Source: Escherichia phage vB_Eco_mar004NP2. From it: a DNA stretch of 64,000 bases. Below are positions 34,632-44,368 of this stretch, in pieces. How positions within the stretch are numbered: the first letter of the stretch is position 1; each line of letters starts with the position of its first letter. The stretch lies in sequence record NC_048205.1, one strand, 5' to 3'. The translations under genes and the position numbers were made by a program. The notes below the pieces were generated by a model, which did not search any database, had not been told where the DNA came from, and worked only from the letters and a program-made list of their open reading frames with translations.

Positions 34632-37600
34632 ATGACTGATAAGCTAATACGAGAATTACTGATAGACGTTAAACAGAAGGGGGCAACTCGTACTGCAAAG
34701 TCTATTGAAAACGTATCTGATGCATTAGAGAATGCTGCTGCGGCTTCTGAGCTAACGAATGAACAGTTAGGTAAAATGCCCAAAACTCTATACTCCATTG
34801 AGAGAGCAGCAGACAGGGCAGCAAAAAGTCTTACTAAAATGCAAGCTAGTAGGGGTATGGCTGGTATCACTAAATCCATTGATGGTATTGGTGATAAGCT
34901 AGATTACCTGGCTATCCAACTTATTGAAGTAACAGATAAGCTAGAAATTGGATTCGACGGAGTTTCTAGATCTGTTAAAACAATGGGCAATGATGTTGCA
35001 GCTGCAACAGAGAAAGTTCAAGATAGATTGTATGACACCAATAGAGTTTTAGGCGGTACAACTAGAGGTTTTAATGACACTGCAGGTGCCGCTGGTAGAG
35101 CTTCTAGAGCTATTGGTAATACTTCTGGTTCGGCACGTGGGGCTACCCGTGATTTTGCAGCAATGGCTAAGATCGGTGGTAGTTTACCTATTATGTATGC
35201 AGCTCTTGCTTCCAACATCTTCGTTTTGCAATCTGCATTCGAACAACTTAAGTTAGGTGATCAGCTAAATCGTCTAGAAAAATTTGGTGTTATAGTAGGT
35301 ACTCAGACAGGTACTCCTGTTCAGTCTCTTGCTAGATCACTACAAGAAGCTGCCGGATATGCTATCTCCTTTGAAGAAGCAATGAGACAAGCATCCTCTG
35401 CTTCTGCGTACGGATTTGATGCTGAACAACTTAATAAATTTGGTCTAGTAGCTCGTCGTGCTGCTGCTGTTCTTGGCGTTGATATGACTGATGCACTTAA
35501 CCGTGTAATTAAGGGTGTATCTAAACAAGAAATCGAACTTCTGGATGAACTTGGTGTTACTATTCGTCTTAATGACGCATATGCTGATTACGTTAAACAG
35601 TTGAATGCTGCAAACACAGGTATAACATATAATATTAATAGCCTTACTACCTTCCAGAAACAGCAAGCGTATGCTAATGCTGTTATAGCAGAGTCTACTA
35701 AACGTTTTGGTTACTTAGATGAAGTTTTACGTGCTACTCCGTGGGAGCAGTTTGCCGCTAATGCTGATGCCGCACTGAGAAAGATTCAGCAGGCTGCTGC
35801 TAAGTATTTAGGGCCGGTAATTGATGCTATCAACACAGTATTTTATACTTCTCAGGCTTCTATATCTGCTGAAGCAGCTAGAGCTCAAGAAAAAACCAAT
35901 AGACAGATAGATCCTACCAACGTTGGTGCTGTTGCTTTAAGTTTGGCCGCTTCTGAAGAAGGCTATAATAAAGCTCTAGATATGTACAAGGAATCTCTTG
36001 ATAAGCGTAATAAGCTAAAATCCGAATTCGATAAACGAATGGAGCAAGCGGATTTCTATACAAGATTAGCCATACGTCAAGTTGGTGAAGGTATTCCTGT
36101 TGGTCTTGCTGCTGCTGGTGCTTCCGAAGCTAATAAAAAGTTCGTAGAAGAAACTGCGGCTATGGGTCTACAAGTAACCAGACTAGGTAAGGAAGTAGAA
36201 GATTCTACTGAAAACCTTAATGCTTGGAAGTCAGCCTATCAAGCTGCGGGTGCTGCTGCTGCAAAAGCTAATCCAGAGTTTCAGAAACAGATTAATCTAC
36301 AGAGAGATACTACTGATCCTGGTGCTGTATATGACTTTAACTCCACAGTATTAAAAGGACTAACTGAACAACAGAAAGCATATAATCAAACTAAGAAAAC
36401 TGCTAGTGACTTAGCTAATGATATACAGAACGTTGCTCAGAATACAGATACTGCTGCTAAAACTAGTGCTACTTTAGCAGATGCTATAAAAAACATAGAA
36501 TCTCTATCCTTAGGCACTGGTAAGAGTGCCGATGAGTATGTTAAAAACCTTAACCTGGGCTATAACACACTGTCTGAAATGAAAACTGCATCTCAGGCTC
36601 TATCTGAGTATGTTAAACTAACTGGTAATGAAACTAAAAATCAGTTAGCAGTTCAACAGAAAATAGCTGATGTGTACAACCAAACTAAGGATAAGGAAAA
36701 GGCTCAGGAAGCGGGTAGACGTTTAGAGTTGCAACAGTTAGAAGAGCAAGAAGCTGCTTTACGCCGTGTTCTTCAAACAAACCAGGGAAATAAAGCTGTT
36801 GAGAAAGAAATTGAAAAAATTCAGCTGGAGAAACTTAGACTTACCAATCAGGGTATGGAAGCCCAGAAGAAGGTCAAGGATTACACAGATAAAATTCTTG
36901 GTGTAGATCGTGAGATAGCTCTCCTGAATGACCGTACTATGACTACTACTCAATATAGATTAGCTCAGCTAAAACTAGAACTAACTGTAGAGAAAGAGAA
37001 GTACGAATGGTATACAAAACAAGCGGACAAACAGAAAGAGGCGGAACAGTCTAGACGTGCGCAAGCACAAATAAGCCGGGAGTTATGGGAAGCGGAGAAG
37101 CAGGCAACTGCCTCACATGTATCAGCTCTCATGGATGCACTAGAAGTCAGCCAAACACAAAGAAATGTTACTGGCCAAGCTCAGATTCTTACGGAAAGAT
37201 TATCTGTTTTGCAAGAACAGCTAGAACTATCTAAGGGCAATACCGAAGAAGAGATCAAGTATCGTAATGAGATCTATAAAACTGCTGCTGCTCTAGAGCA
37301 ACTTAGAAAGCAAAGAGAAGGCCAAATGCAGCAACAGGTAGGATCTTCTGTGGGTGCTGTGTACACTCCTACAACTGGACTATCTGGGGAAGACAAAGAT
37401 TTTGCAGATATGCAAAATAGAATGGCTTCTTATGATCAGGCAATCTCTAAGCTATCTGAATTAAATTCTGAAGCAACCGCTGTGGCTCAAAGTATGGGTA
37501 ACTTAACTAACGCTATGATTCAGTTCTCTCAGGGATCCTTAGATACTACCTCCTTGATTGCTTCTGGCATGCAAACTGTATCTTCTATGATTCAGTATAG

Positions 37601-38312
37601 TACTAGTCAACAGGTTAGTGCTATTGATGCAGCTATCGCAGCGGAGCAGAAACGTGATGGTAAATCAGAAGCATCTAAAGCTAAATTGAAGAAGCTAGAA
37701 GCTGAAAAGCTGAAGATTCAACAAGACGCAGCTAAGAAGCAGATTATCATCCAAACTGCGGTAGCAGTAATGCAAGCGGCAACAGCTGTACCGTACCCGT
37801 TCTCTATTCCTTTGATGGTGGCGGCAGGTTTAGCAGGTGCCTTAGCTCTTGCTCAAGCATCTTCTGCTTCTGGTATGTCAAGTATTGCTGATTCTGGAGC
37901 GGATACAACTAGTTACTTAACCTTAGGAGAGCGTCAGAAGAATATAGATGTGTCTATGTCTGCTAATGCTGGTGAATTATCTTATATCCGTGGTGATAAA
38001 GGCATAGGCGGTGCTAACTCTTTCGTTCCTCGTGCTGAGGGTGGTAATATGTACCCTGGGGTTAGCTATCAAATGGGTGAGCATGGTACAGAAGTAGTTA
38101 CCCCTATGGTTCCTATGAAAGCTACGCCTAATGATGAGCTAAAAACCTCATCTAACTCAACTTCAGGAAGACCTATCATCCTGAATATTAGTGCTATGGA
38201 TGCTGCAAGTTTTAGAGAGTTTGCTTCTAGTAATAGTAGTGCTCTAAGAGACGCAGTGGAATTAGCTCTGAATGAGAACGGTGCTAGTCTGAAAACATTA
38301 GGAAATTCTTAA
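34632..38312 (+). CDS. tape measure protein (pb2-like)
   Basis: 1226 aa, extensive coiled coil, hydrophobic Ala/Gly-rich segment near C-terminus. Confidence 0.9.
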   Translation: MTDKLIRELLIDVKQKGATRTAKSIENVSDALENAAAASELTNEQLGKMPKTLYSIERAADRAAKSLTKMQASRGMAGITKSIDGIGDKLDYLAIQLIEVTDKLEIGFDGVSRSVKTMGNDVAAATEKVQDRLYDTNRVLGGTTRGFNDTAGAAGRASRAIGNTSGSARGATRDFAAMAKIGGSLPIMYAALASNIFVLQSAFEQLKLGDQLNRLEKFGVIVGTQTGTPVQSLARSLQEAAGYAISFEEAMRQASSASAYGFDAEQLNKFGLVARRAAAVLGVDMTDALNRVIKGVSKQEIELLDELGVTIRLNDAYADYVKQLNAANTGITYNINSLTTFQKQQAYANAVIAESTKRFGYLDEVLRATPWEQFAANADAALRKIQQAAAKYLGPVIDAINTVFYTSQASISAEAARAQEKTNRQIDPTNVGAVALSLAASEEGYNKALDMYKESLDKRNKLKSEFDKRMEQADFYTRLAIRQVGEGIPVGLAAAGASEANKKFVEETAAMGLQVTRLGKEVEDSTENLNAWKSAYQAAGAAAAKANPEFQKQINLQRDTTDPGAVYDFNSTVLKGLTEQQKAYNQTKKTASDLANDIQNVAQNTDTAAKTSATLADAIKNIESLSLGTGKSADEYVKNLNLGYNTLSEMKTASQALSEYVKLTGNETKNQLAVQQKIADVYNQTKDKEKAQEAGRRLELQQLEEQEAALRRVLQTNQGNKAVEKEIEKIQLEKLRLTNQGMEAQKKVKDYTDKILGVDREIALLNDRTMTTTQYRLAQLKLELTVEKEKYEWYTKQADKQKEAEQSRRAQAQISRELWEAEKQATASHVSALMDALEVSQTQRNVTGQAQILTERLSVLQEQLELSKGNTEEEIKYRNEIYKTAAALEQLRKQREGQMQQQVGSSVGAVYTPTTGLSGEDKDFADMQNRMASYDQAISKLSELNSEATAVAQSMGNLTNAMIQFSQGSLDTTSLIASGMQTVSSMIQYSTSQQVSAIDAAIAAEQKRDGKSEASKAKLKKLEAEKLKIQQDAAKKQIIIQTAVAVMQAATAVPYPFSIPLMVAAGLAGALALAQASSASGMSSIADSGADTTSYLTLGERQKNIDVSMSANAGELSYIRGDKGIGGANSFVPRAEGGNMYPGVSYQMGEHGTEVVTPMVPMKATPNDELKTSSNSTSGRPIILNISAMDAASFREFASSNSSALRDAVELALNENGASLKTLGNS

Positions 38313-38316
38313 AACT

Positions 38317-38346
38317 GGAGGAGGACTTTGAGTCCTCCTTTTCTTT
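38317..38346 (+). terminator. rho-independent terminator
   Basis: GGAGGACT-TTG-AGTCCTCC then TTTTCTTT. Confidence 0.65.
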
Positions 38347-38421
38347 ATGGAAAAATAAAAATTTCTTGATAAAATTTTCTAATACTATTATAATATTGTT
38401 ATTAAAGAGGAGAAATTAACT

Positions 38422-39036
38422 ATGAGATTACCAGACCCATACACGAATCCAGAACTTTCAGGCTTAGGATTCGAAAGTGTTAACCTGATTGATAATGACC
38501 CAGTAATTCGTGATGAGTTACCAAATGGTAAAGTTAACGAAGTTAAGGTATCTGCTCAATACTGGGGTATAAATATTTCTTATCCAGAATTATTTCCAGA
38601 TGAATATAGTGTTCTAGATGCATTTATTCTAGAATACAAAAGGACTGGTGGTTATATAGATGTTATATTACCACAATACGAAGCTTTTAGAGTTAGAGGT
38701 AATACTAGCCTAGTAAATATACCTGCTGGACAGAAGGGTTCTAATATAACTATGGATACAAAAGGACTTCTCACAGGTATTCCAAAACCAGGGGATCTAT
38801 TTAAGCTATCTAACCATCCAAAAGTATATAAAATAACATCATTCAATAAATCAGGCAATACGTGGTCTATAAACTTATACCCTGATTTATTTATAACTAC
38901 TACTGGGGCTGAGAAACCAGTGTTTAACGGAATACTATTTAGAACAAAACTCATGAATGGTGATGCTTTCGGATCTACATTAAATAATAACGGAACATAT
39001 TCCGGCATCTCATTAAATTTACGGGAAAGTTTATGA
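38422..39036 (+). CDS. distal tail protein (Dit, pb9-like)
   Basis: 204 aa directly after tape measure gene. Confidence 0.6.
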   Translation: MRLPDPYTNPELSGLGFESVNLIDNDPVIRDELPNGKVNEVKVSAQYWGINISYPELFPDEYSVLDAFILEYKRTGGYIDVILPQYEAFRVRGNTSLVNIPAGQKGSNITMDTKGLLTGIPKPGDLFKLSNHPKVYKITSFNKSGNTWSINLYPDLFITTTGAEKPVFNGILFRTKLMNGDAFGSTLNNNGTYSGISLNLRESL

Positions 39037-41882
39037 AGAAAATACTAGATAGTGCTAGAAACTACTTAAAAAATAATAGCAGAATAAAAACTGCTAGTCT
39101 AATTTCCCTAGAATTACCTGGCTCTACTGGTACTAGTACTGCTTTTATTTATTTAACTGATTATTTTAGAGATGTACTATATAATGGTATTTTGTACCAG
39201 GCCGGTAAGGTTAAGTCCATTAGCACACATAAACAAAATAGAGATTTATCTATTGGCAGTCTATCTTTTACTATTACGGGTACAGCGCAGGATGAAGTAC
39301 TGAAATTAGTGCAGAATGGTGTGTCCTTTTTAGATAGAATAGTAACAATCCACCAAGCAATTATTACAGAGGATGGTTCTATTTTACCTGTAGACCCAGA
39401 CACAAATGGCCCTTTATTATACTTTAGAGGGAGAATTACCGGTGGGGGTATTAAGGACAACATTAGTACTTCTGGGGTTGGAACCTCCACAATTACTTGG
39501 AATTGTTCTAACCAATTCTATGACTTTGATAGGGTTAACGGTAGATTTACTGATGATGCTTCTCATAGAGGGCTTGAGGTTGTAGCAGGGCAATTAGTTC
39601 CATCTAACGGGGCTAAAAGACTTGAGTACCAAGAAGATTATGGGTTCTTTCATGCTAATAAAAGTATCTCTATTTTAGCAAAATATCAGGTACAGGAAGA
39701 GAGATACAAGCTAAAGTCTAAGAAAAAGCTATTTGGCCTATCTAGAAGCTATAGTCTTAAAAAGTATTATGAGACTGTTACTAAAGAAGTAGATATAGAT
39801 TTTAACCTTGCTGCTAAGTATATACCAGTAGTTTATGGTGTACAGAAAATACCAGGAATACCTATTTTTGCGGATACGGAACTACACAATCCTAATATAG
39901 TTTATGTAGTATACGCCTTTGCTGAAGGGGAGATAGACGGTTTTCTTGACTTTTCCTTCGGGGATAACCCTATGATTTGTATGGACTCTAATGATAGCTC
40001 TGCTAGAACCTGTTTCGGTGTTAAAAAAGTAGCAGGAGACACCATGCAAAGAATAGCATCAGGAATATCTTCTAGTAGTCCTTCTGTGCATGGTCAGGAA
40101 TATAAGTATAATGATGGTAATGGTGATATAAGGATTTGGACTTATCATGGAAAAGCTGATCAAACGGCTTCTGAAGTATTAGTAGACATAGCGAAAGAAC
40201 GTGGGTTCTACCTTCAGAATATGAATGGCAATGGACCGGAGTACTGGGATGCTAGGTATAAACTACTAGATACTGCATACGCAGTGGTGCGCTTCACTAT
40301 TAATGAAAATAGGACTGAGATTCCTGAAGTTAGTGCTGAAATTCAAGGTAAAAAAGTAAAAGTCTATCATTCTGATGGTAGAGTAACTGCTAATAGTACT
40401 AGTTTAAATGGTATTTGGCAAACACTTGACTACTTAACCTCCGATAGATACGGTGCTAATATTACCATTGATCAGTTCCCTCTTCAGCAATTAATACAGG
40501 AAGCAGCTATTTTAGATATTATAGATGAATCCTATCAGGTATCTTGGCAGCCATATTGGAGATACGTTGGGTGGACTGATCCACTAGCAGAAAATAGACA
40601 AATAGTACAAATGAATACTATTCTGGATACATCTGAATCAGTATTTAAAAATGTGCAAGGTTTATTAGAGTCCTACGGTGGGGCTATTAACAACTTATCT
40701 GGCCAGTACAGGATTACTGTAGAAAAATACTCTAATACTCCATTAGAGATTAATTTTCTAGATACTTACGGTGATTTGGAGCTATCAGATACTACTGGTA
40801 GAAATAAATTCAACTCAGTTCAAGCATCTATCGTAGATCCAGCCCTTAGCTGGAAAACTAATTCCATTACATTCTATAACTCCAAGTATAAGGAACAGGA
40901 CAAGAACCTAGACAAAAAATTACAATTATCTTTTGCAAATATAACTAACTACTATACTGCTAGAAGTTTTGCAGACAGAGAACTTAAGAAATCTAGGTAT
41001 TCTAGAACCCTCTCATTTTCTTTACCATATCAATTCATTGGTATTGAGCCTAATGATGCTATTGCATTTACATACGACCGTTACGGATGGGATAAGAAGT
41101 ACTTTTTAGTAGATGAAGTCGAAAACTCTAGGGAAGGAAAGATAAATGTTACTCTACAGGAGTATGGAAAAGATGTATTCATCAACTCTGATCAAGTAGA
41201 TAATAGTGGTAATGATATACCAGATATTAGTAACAACGTTCTTCCTCCTAGAGATTTTAAGTATACTCCTACACCCGGTGGCTTAGTTGGTTCTATAGGT
41301 AAAAATGGTGAGTTATCCTGGCTTCCGAGTCTAACCAATAATGTAGTTTATTACTCTATTGTGCACTCAGGCCATGCCGAACCTTACATAGTACAACAGT
41401 TAGAGACCAATCCTAACGAACGTATGATCCAAGAAATAATTGGGGAACCAGCAGGTCTGGCTATATTTGAGATAAGAGCAGTAGATATTAATGGTAGAAG
41501 AAGTTCCCCGGTGACTCTGTCTATAGAACTTAACTCTGCTAAAAACCTTAGTGTAGTATCTAATTTTAGGGTAACTAATACTGCTTCTGGAGATGTAACT
41601 GAGTTTGTTGGCCCAGATGTAAAACTAGCTTGGGATAGAATACCTGAAGAAGATATAATAGAGAGTATATTTTATACACTTGAAATACACGATTCGCAAA
41701 ATAGGATGTTAAGAAGTGTACGTATTGAAAATCAGTATACTTATGACTATTTATTAACATATAATAAGGCAGACTTTGCTCTCCAGAACAGCGGTGCTCT
41801 AGGTATAAATAGAAAATTGTATTTTCGTATTAGGGCTGAAGGGGATGATGGAGAACAGTCTGTGGAGTGGGCATCCATTTAA
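39033..41882 (+). CDS. baseplate hub/tail tip protein (pb3-like)
   Basis: 949 aa following Dit. Confidence 0.65.
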   Translation: MKKILDSARNYLKNNSRIKTASLISLELPGSTGTSTAFIYLTDYFRDVLYNGILYQAGKVKSISTHKQNRDLSIGSLSFTITGTAQDEVLKLVQNGVSFLDRIVTIHQAIITEDGSILPVDPDTNGPLLYFRGRITGGGIKDNISTSGVGTSTITWNCSNQFYDFDRVNGRFTDDASHRGLEVVAGQLVPSNGAKRLEYQEDYGFFHANKSISILAKYQVQEERYKLKSKKKLFGLSRSYSLKKYYETVTKEVDIDFNLAAKYIPVVYGVQKIPGIPIFADTELHNPNIVYVVYAFAEGEIDGFLDFSFGDNPMICMDSNDSSARTCFGVKKVAGDTMQRIASGISSSSPSVHGQEYKYNDGNGDIRIWTYHGKADQTASEVLVDIAKERGFYLQNMNGNGPEYWDARYKLLDTAYAVVRFTINENRTEIPEVSAEIQGKKVKVYHSDGRVTANSTSLNGIWQTLDYLTSDRYGANITIDQFPLQQLIQEAAILDIIDESYQVSWQPYWRYVGWTDPLAENRQIVQMNTILDTSESVFKNVQGLLESYGGAINNLSGQYRITVEKYSNTPLEINFLDTYGDLELSDTTGRNKFNSVQASIVDPALSWKTNSITFYNSKYKEQDKNLDKKLQLSFANITNYYTARSFADRELKKSRYSRTLSFSLPYQFIGIEPNDAIAFTYDRYGWDKKYFLVDEVENSREGKINVTLQEYGKDVFINSDQVDNSGNDIPDISNNVLPPRDFKYTPTPGGLVGSIGKNGELSWLPSLTNNVVYYSIVHSGHAEPYIVQQLETNPNERMIQEIIGEPAGLAIFEIRAVDINGRRSSPVTLSIELNSAKNLSVVSNFRVTNTASGDVTEFVGPDVKLAWDRIPEEDIIESIFYTLEIHDSQNRMLRSVRIENQYTYDYLLTYNKADFALQNSGALGINRKLYFRIRAEGDDGEQSVEWASI

Positions 41883-43939
41883 TGATTTCAAATAATGCAC
41901 CAGCCAAAATGGTCTTAAATAGTATAATGACTGGATATACTTTGGCTTATGTCCAGCACTCCATTTATACTGATTATGATGTTATTGGTAGATCTTTTTG
42001 GTTAAAAATAGGAGAAAGTATAGATAGACGTGATTACACCGGTATAGATACTTTCTTCGTAATGATTAATAATTTAACCCCCTCTACCTCCTATGAGATT
42101 CAGGGGGCTTTCTATGACTCAATTATTGACTCAGAGTTACTAGAAGCTAAGATTGGTATCAACCTCTCTAATGAAACTAACTTTAGAACAAAGGAAAAGC
42201 CAATAATTACTGCAGCAAGATCTGAATCAGAACCCGTTGACGTTGGTGTTGGTGCTCCAATAGTTGTTGTAGAGACTGCTGGTGAGGCTAGTTACTGCAC
42301 TATTGAATTAAAAAGTACTGCATCAGAAGATAGTGAATGGGTTAAATATTACATAGGAGCACTGGGACCTACTATCAAATTTGGTGGTGTTCCTGTTGGC
42401 AACTATAAGATCAGAATATCTGGTCAAGTTACTATGCCAGATGGTGTTACAGTTGACTCATCTGGCTATTATGAATATCCTAGCGTTTTCACTGTAGCTT
42501 ATAATTTCGTACCACCTACTGCACCTACTAACATTGACTTTAAAGCTGCACGAATCGCAGACGGTAAGGAACGATATGATGTTAGAATAGAGTGGGACTG
42601 GGAACGTGGTGCTGGTGCTAATGTCCGTGAATTTCTGGTTACTTATATAAACTCTGAAGAATATTCTAAGACTGGCTGGGCTAAAGCTCAAAAGATAAAC
42701 GTTGGTGCTGCCAGAGCCGCAACGATTATATCATTCCCATGGAAAGTTGAGCATACTTTTAAGGTATCATCAATTGCCTGGGGACCAAATAAGCAAGATA
42801 TAGCAGAATCAGCTCCTGTAACGTTTATACTTAATGAAGATACTCCTCTAGACAACAGCTTTGTCAATGAGACTGGTATTGATGTTAACTATGCCTTTAT
42901 TAAGGGCAGCATGAAAGATGGAGAAATCTGGAGACAGACATTCTTAATCGACGCAGCTACTGGTGCTATTAACATTGGTCTGCTAGATGAAGAAGGAAAA
43001 GCACCTATTTCTTTTGACCCTATAAACCGTGTTGTTAACGTTGATGGTAAAGTAATTACTAGAGATATTAATGCTGCGAACTTTATCATGACTAACTTAT
43101 CTGGTAAGGATAATCCAGCAATTTACACTCAAGGTAAATCTTGGGGTGATAATAACTCCGGTATTTGGATGGGTATGGATAATACTTCTGCCAAAGCTAA
43201 ACTAGACATTGGTAACGCCACACAATGGATACGTTATGATGGTGATGTGCTACGTATTTCTAGTGGAGTAGTTATTGGAACTCCTAATGGCGATGTAGAT
43301 CTGGGTACTGGTATGCAAGGTAAGCAAACAGTATTTGTTTATAAGTTAGCAACATCTCTACCTGCTAAACCACTAGAACAAGATTATCCGCCTCCTGGTT
43401 GGTCAAAAACTCCACCTAACCGTACAGATATGACACAAAATATCTATACCACTACAGGTACGCTTGATCCAGTTACTAATAGGTTATTAGAGGGTACTAG
43501 CTGGTCGGATGTAGTTCAGTGGAGTGGTACTGAAGGTACTATAGGGCATGATGGACAACGTGGTCCTGGGATGTATTCTGTAGGTATAGCAGGTTTAGGT
43601 GGTTGGGATGATGGACAAGCTAATTCCTTCTTTCAAAGTAACTTCGGTTCTCCACCAGTTAAATACGATGTATTAACTGAATTTAATAGTAATGCCCCCC
43701 AATCAGCATTTACAAGGCAATGGAATGGGTCTGGTTGGGTTAACCCTGCAATGGTTCTCCATGGAAACATGATTGTTAATGGGACGGTGACGGCAGATAA
43801 AATTGTAGCAGGAAATGCTTTCTTATCTCAGATCGGTGTTAACATCATTTATGATAGGAATGCTGCATTATCGGGAAACCCTGAGGCATACTACAAGATG
43901 AAGATAGACCTAAATAGTGGGTATATCCATATAAGGTAA
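41867..43939 (+). CDS. central tail fibre/straight fibre protein (pb4-like)
   Basis: 690 aa following hub gene. Confidence 0.55.
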   Translation: MGIHLMISNNAPAKMVLNSIMTGYTLAYVQHSIYTDYDVIGRSFWLKIGESIDRRDYTGIDTFFVMINNLTPSTSYEIQGAFYDSIIDSELLEAKIGINLSNETNFRTKEKPIITAARSESEPVDVGVGAPIVVVETAGEASYCTIELKSTASEDSEWVKYYIGALGPTIKFGGVPVGNYKIRISGQVTMPDGVTVDSSGYYEYPSVFTVAYNFVPPTAPTNIDFKAARIADGKERYDVRIEWDWERGAGANVREFLVTYINSEEYSKTGWAKAQKINVGAARAATIISFPWKVEHTFKVSSIAWGPNKQDIAESAPVTFILNEDTPLDNSFVNETGIDVNYAFIKGSMKDGEIWRQTFLIDAATGAINIGLLDEEGKAPISFDPINRVVNVDGKVITRDINAANFIMTNLSGKDNPAIYTQGKSWGDNNSGIWMGMDNTSAKAKLDIGNATQWIRYDGDVLRISSGVVIGTPNGDVDLGTGMQGKQTVFVYKLATSLPAKPLEQDYPPPGWSKTPPNRTDMTQNIYTTTGTLDPVTNRLLEGTSWSDVVQWSGTEGTIGHDGQRGPGMYSVGIAGLGGWDDGQANSFFQSNFGSPPVKYDVLTEFNSNAPQSAFTRQWNGSGWVNPAMVLHGNMIVNGTVTADKIVAGNAFLSQIGVNIIYDRNAALSGNPEAYYKMKIDLNSGYIHIR

Positions 43940-43945
43940 TAAATA

Positions 43946-44368
43946 ATGAGTACTGAAAATAGAGTTATAGACTTAGTAATAGATGAAAAAGTACCTTATG
44001 GTCTAATGATGCAATTCTTAGATGTTGATGATAGTACTTATCCACCTACAAATACCCCTGTTAACTTAACAGGGTATTCCCTAAGGGGTACTATAAAGGC
44101 GGGGCTTGATGAGAACGCGGAAACTTTGGCATCTTTTACTACTAAAATTATTGATGCTGCTCAAGGTGCTATAGCTATAAGTTTACCTGTAGAGGCGGTA
44201 GATAATATTGGTGAAAAAGCTACCAAAGAGAGAGATAAGTATAACCCTCGCCAACGTTTTGCAGGATACTATGATATAATTATGACACGAGATGTCATAG
44301 GATCAGCTATTAGCTCTTTTCGTATAATGGAGGGTAAAGTATTTATCAGTGATGGGGTAACTAGATAA
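43946..44368 (+). CDS. tail collar protein (140 aa)
   Basis: position. Confidence 0.4.
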   Translation: MSTENRVIDLVIDEKVPYGLMMQFLDVDDSTYPPTNTPVNLTGYSLRGTIKAGLDENAETLASFTTKIIDAAQGAIAISLPVEAVDNIGEKATKERDKYNPRQRFAGYYDIIMTRDVIGSAISSFRIMEGKVFISDGVTR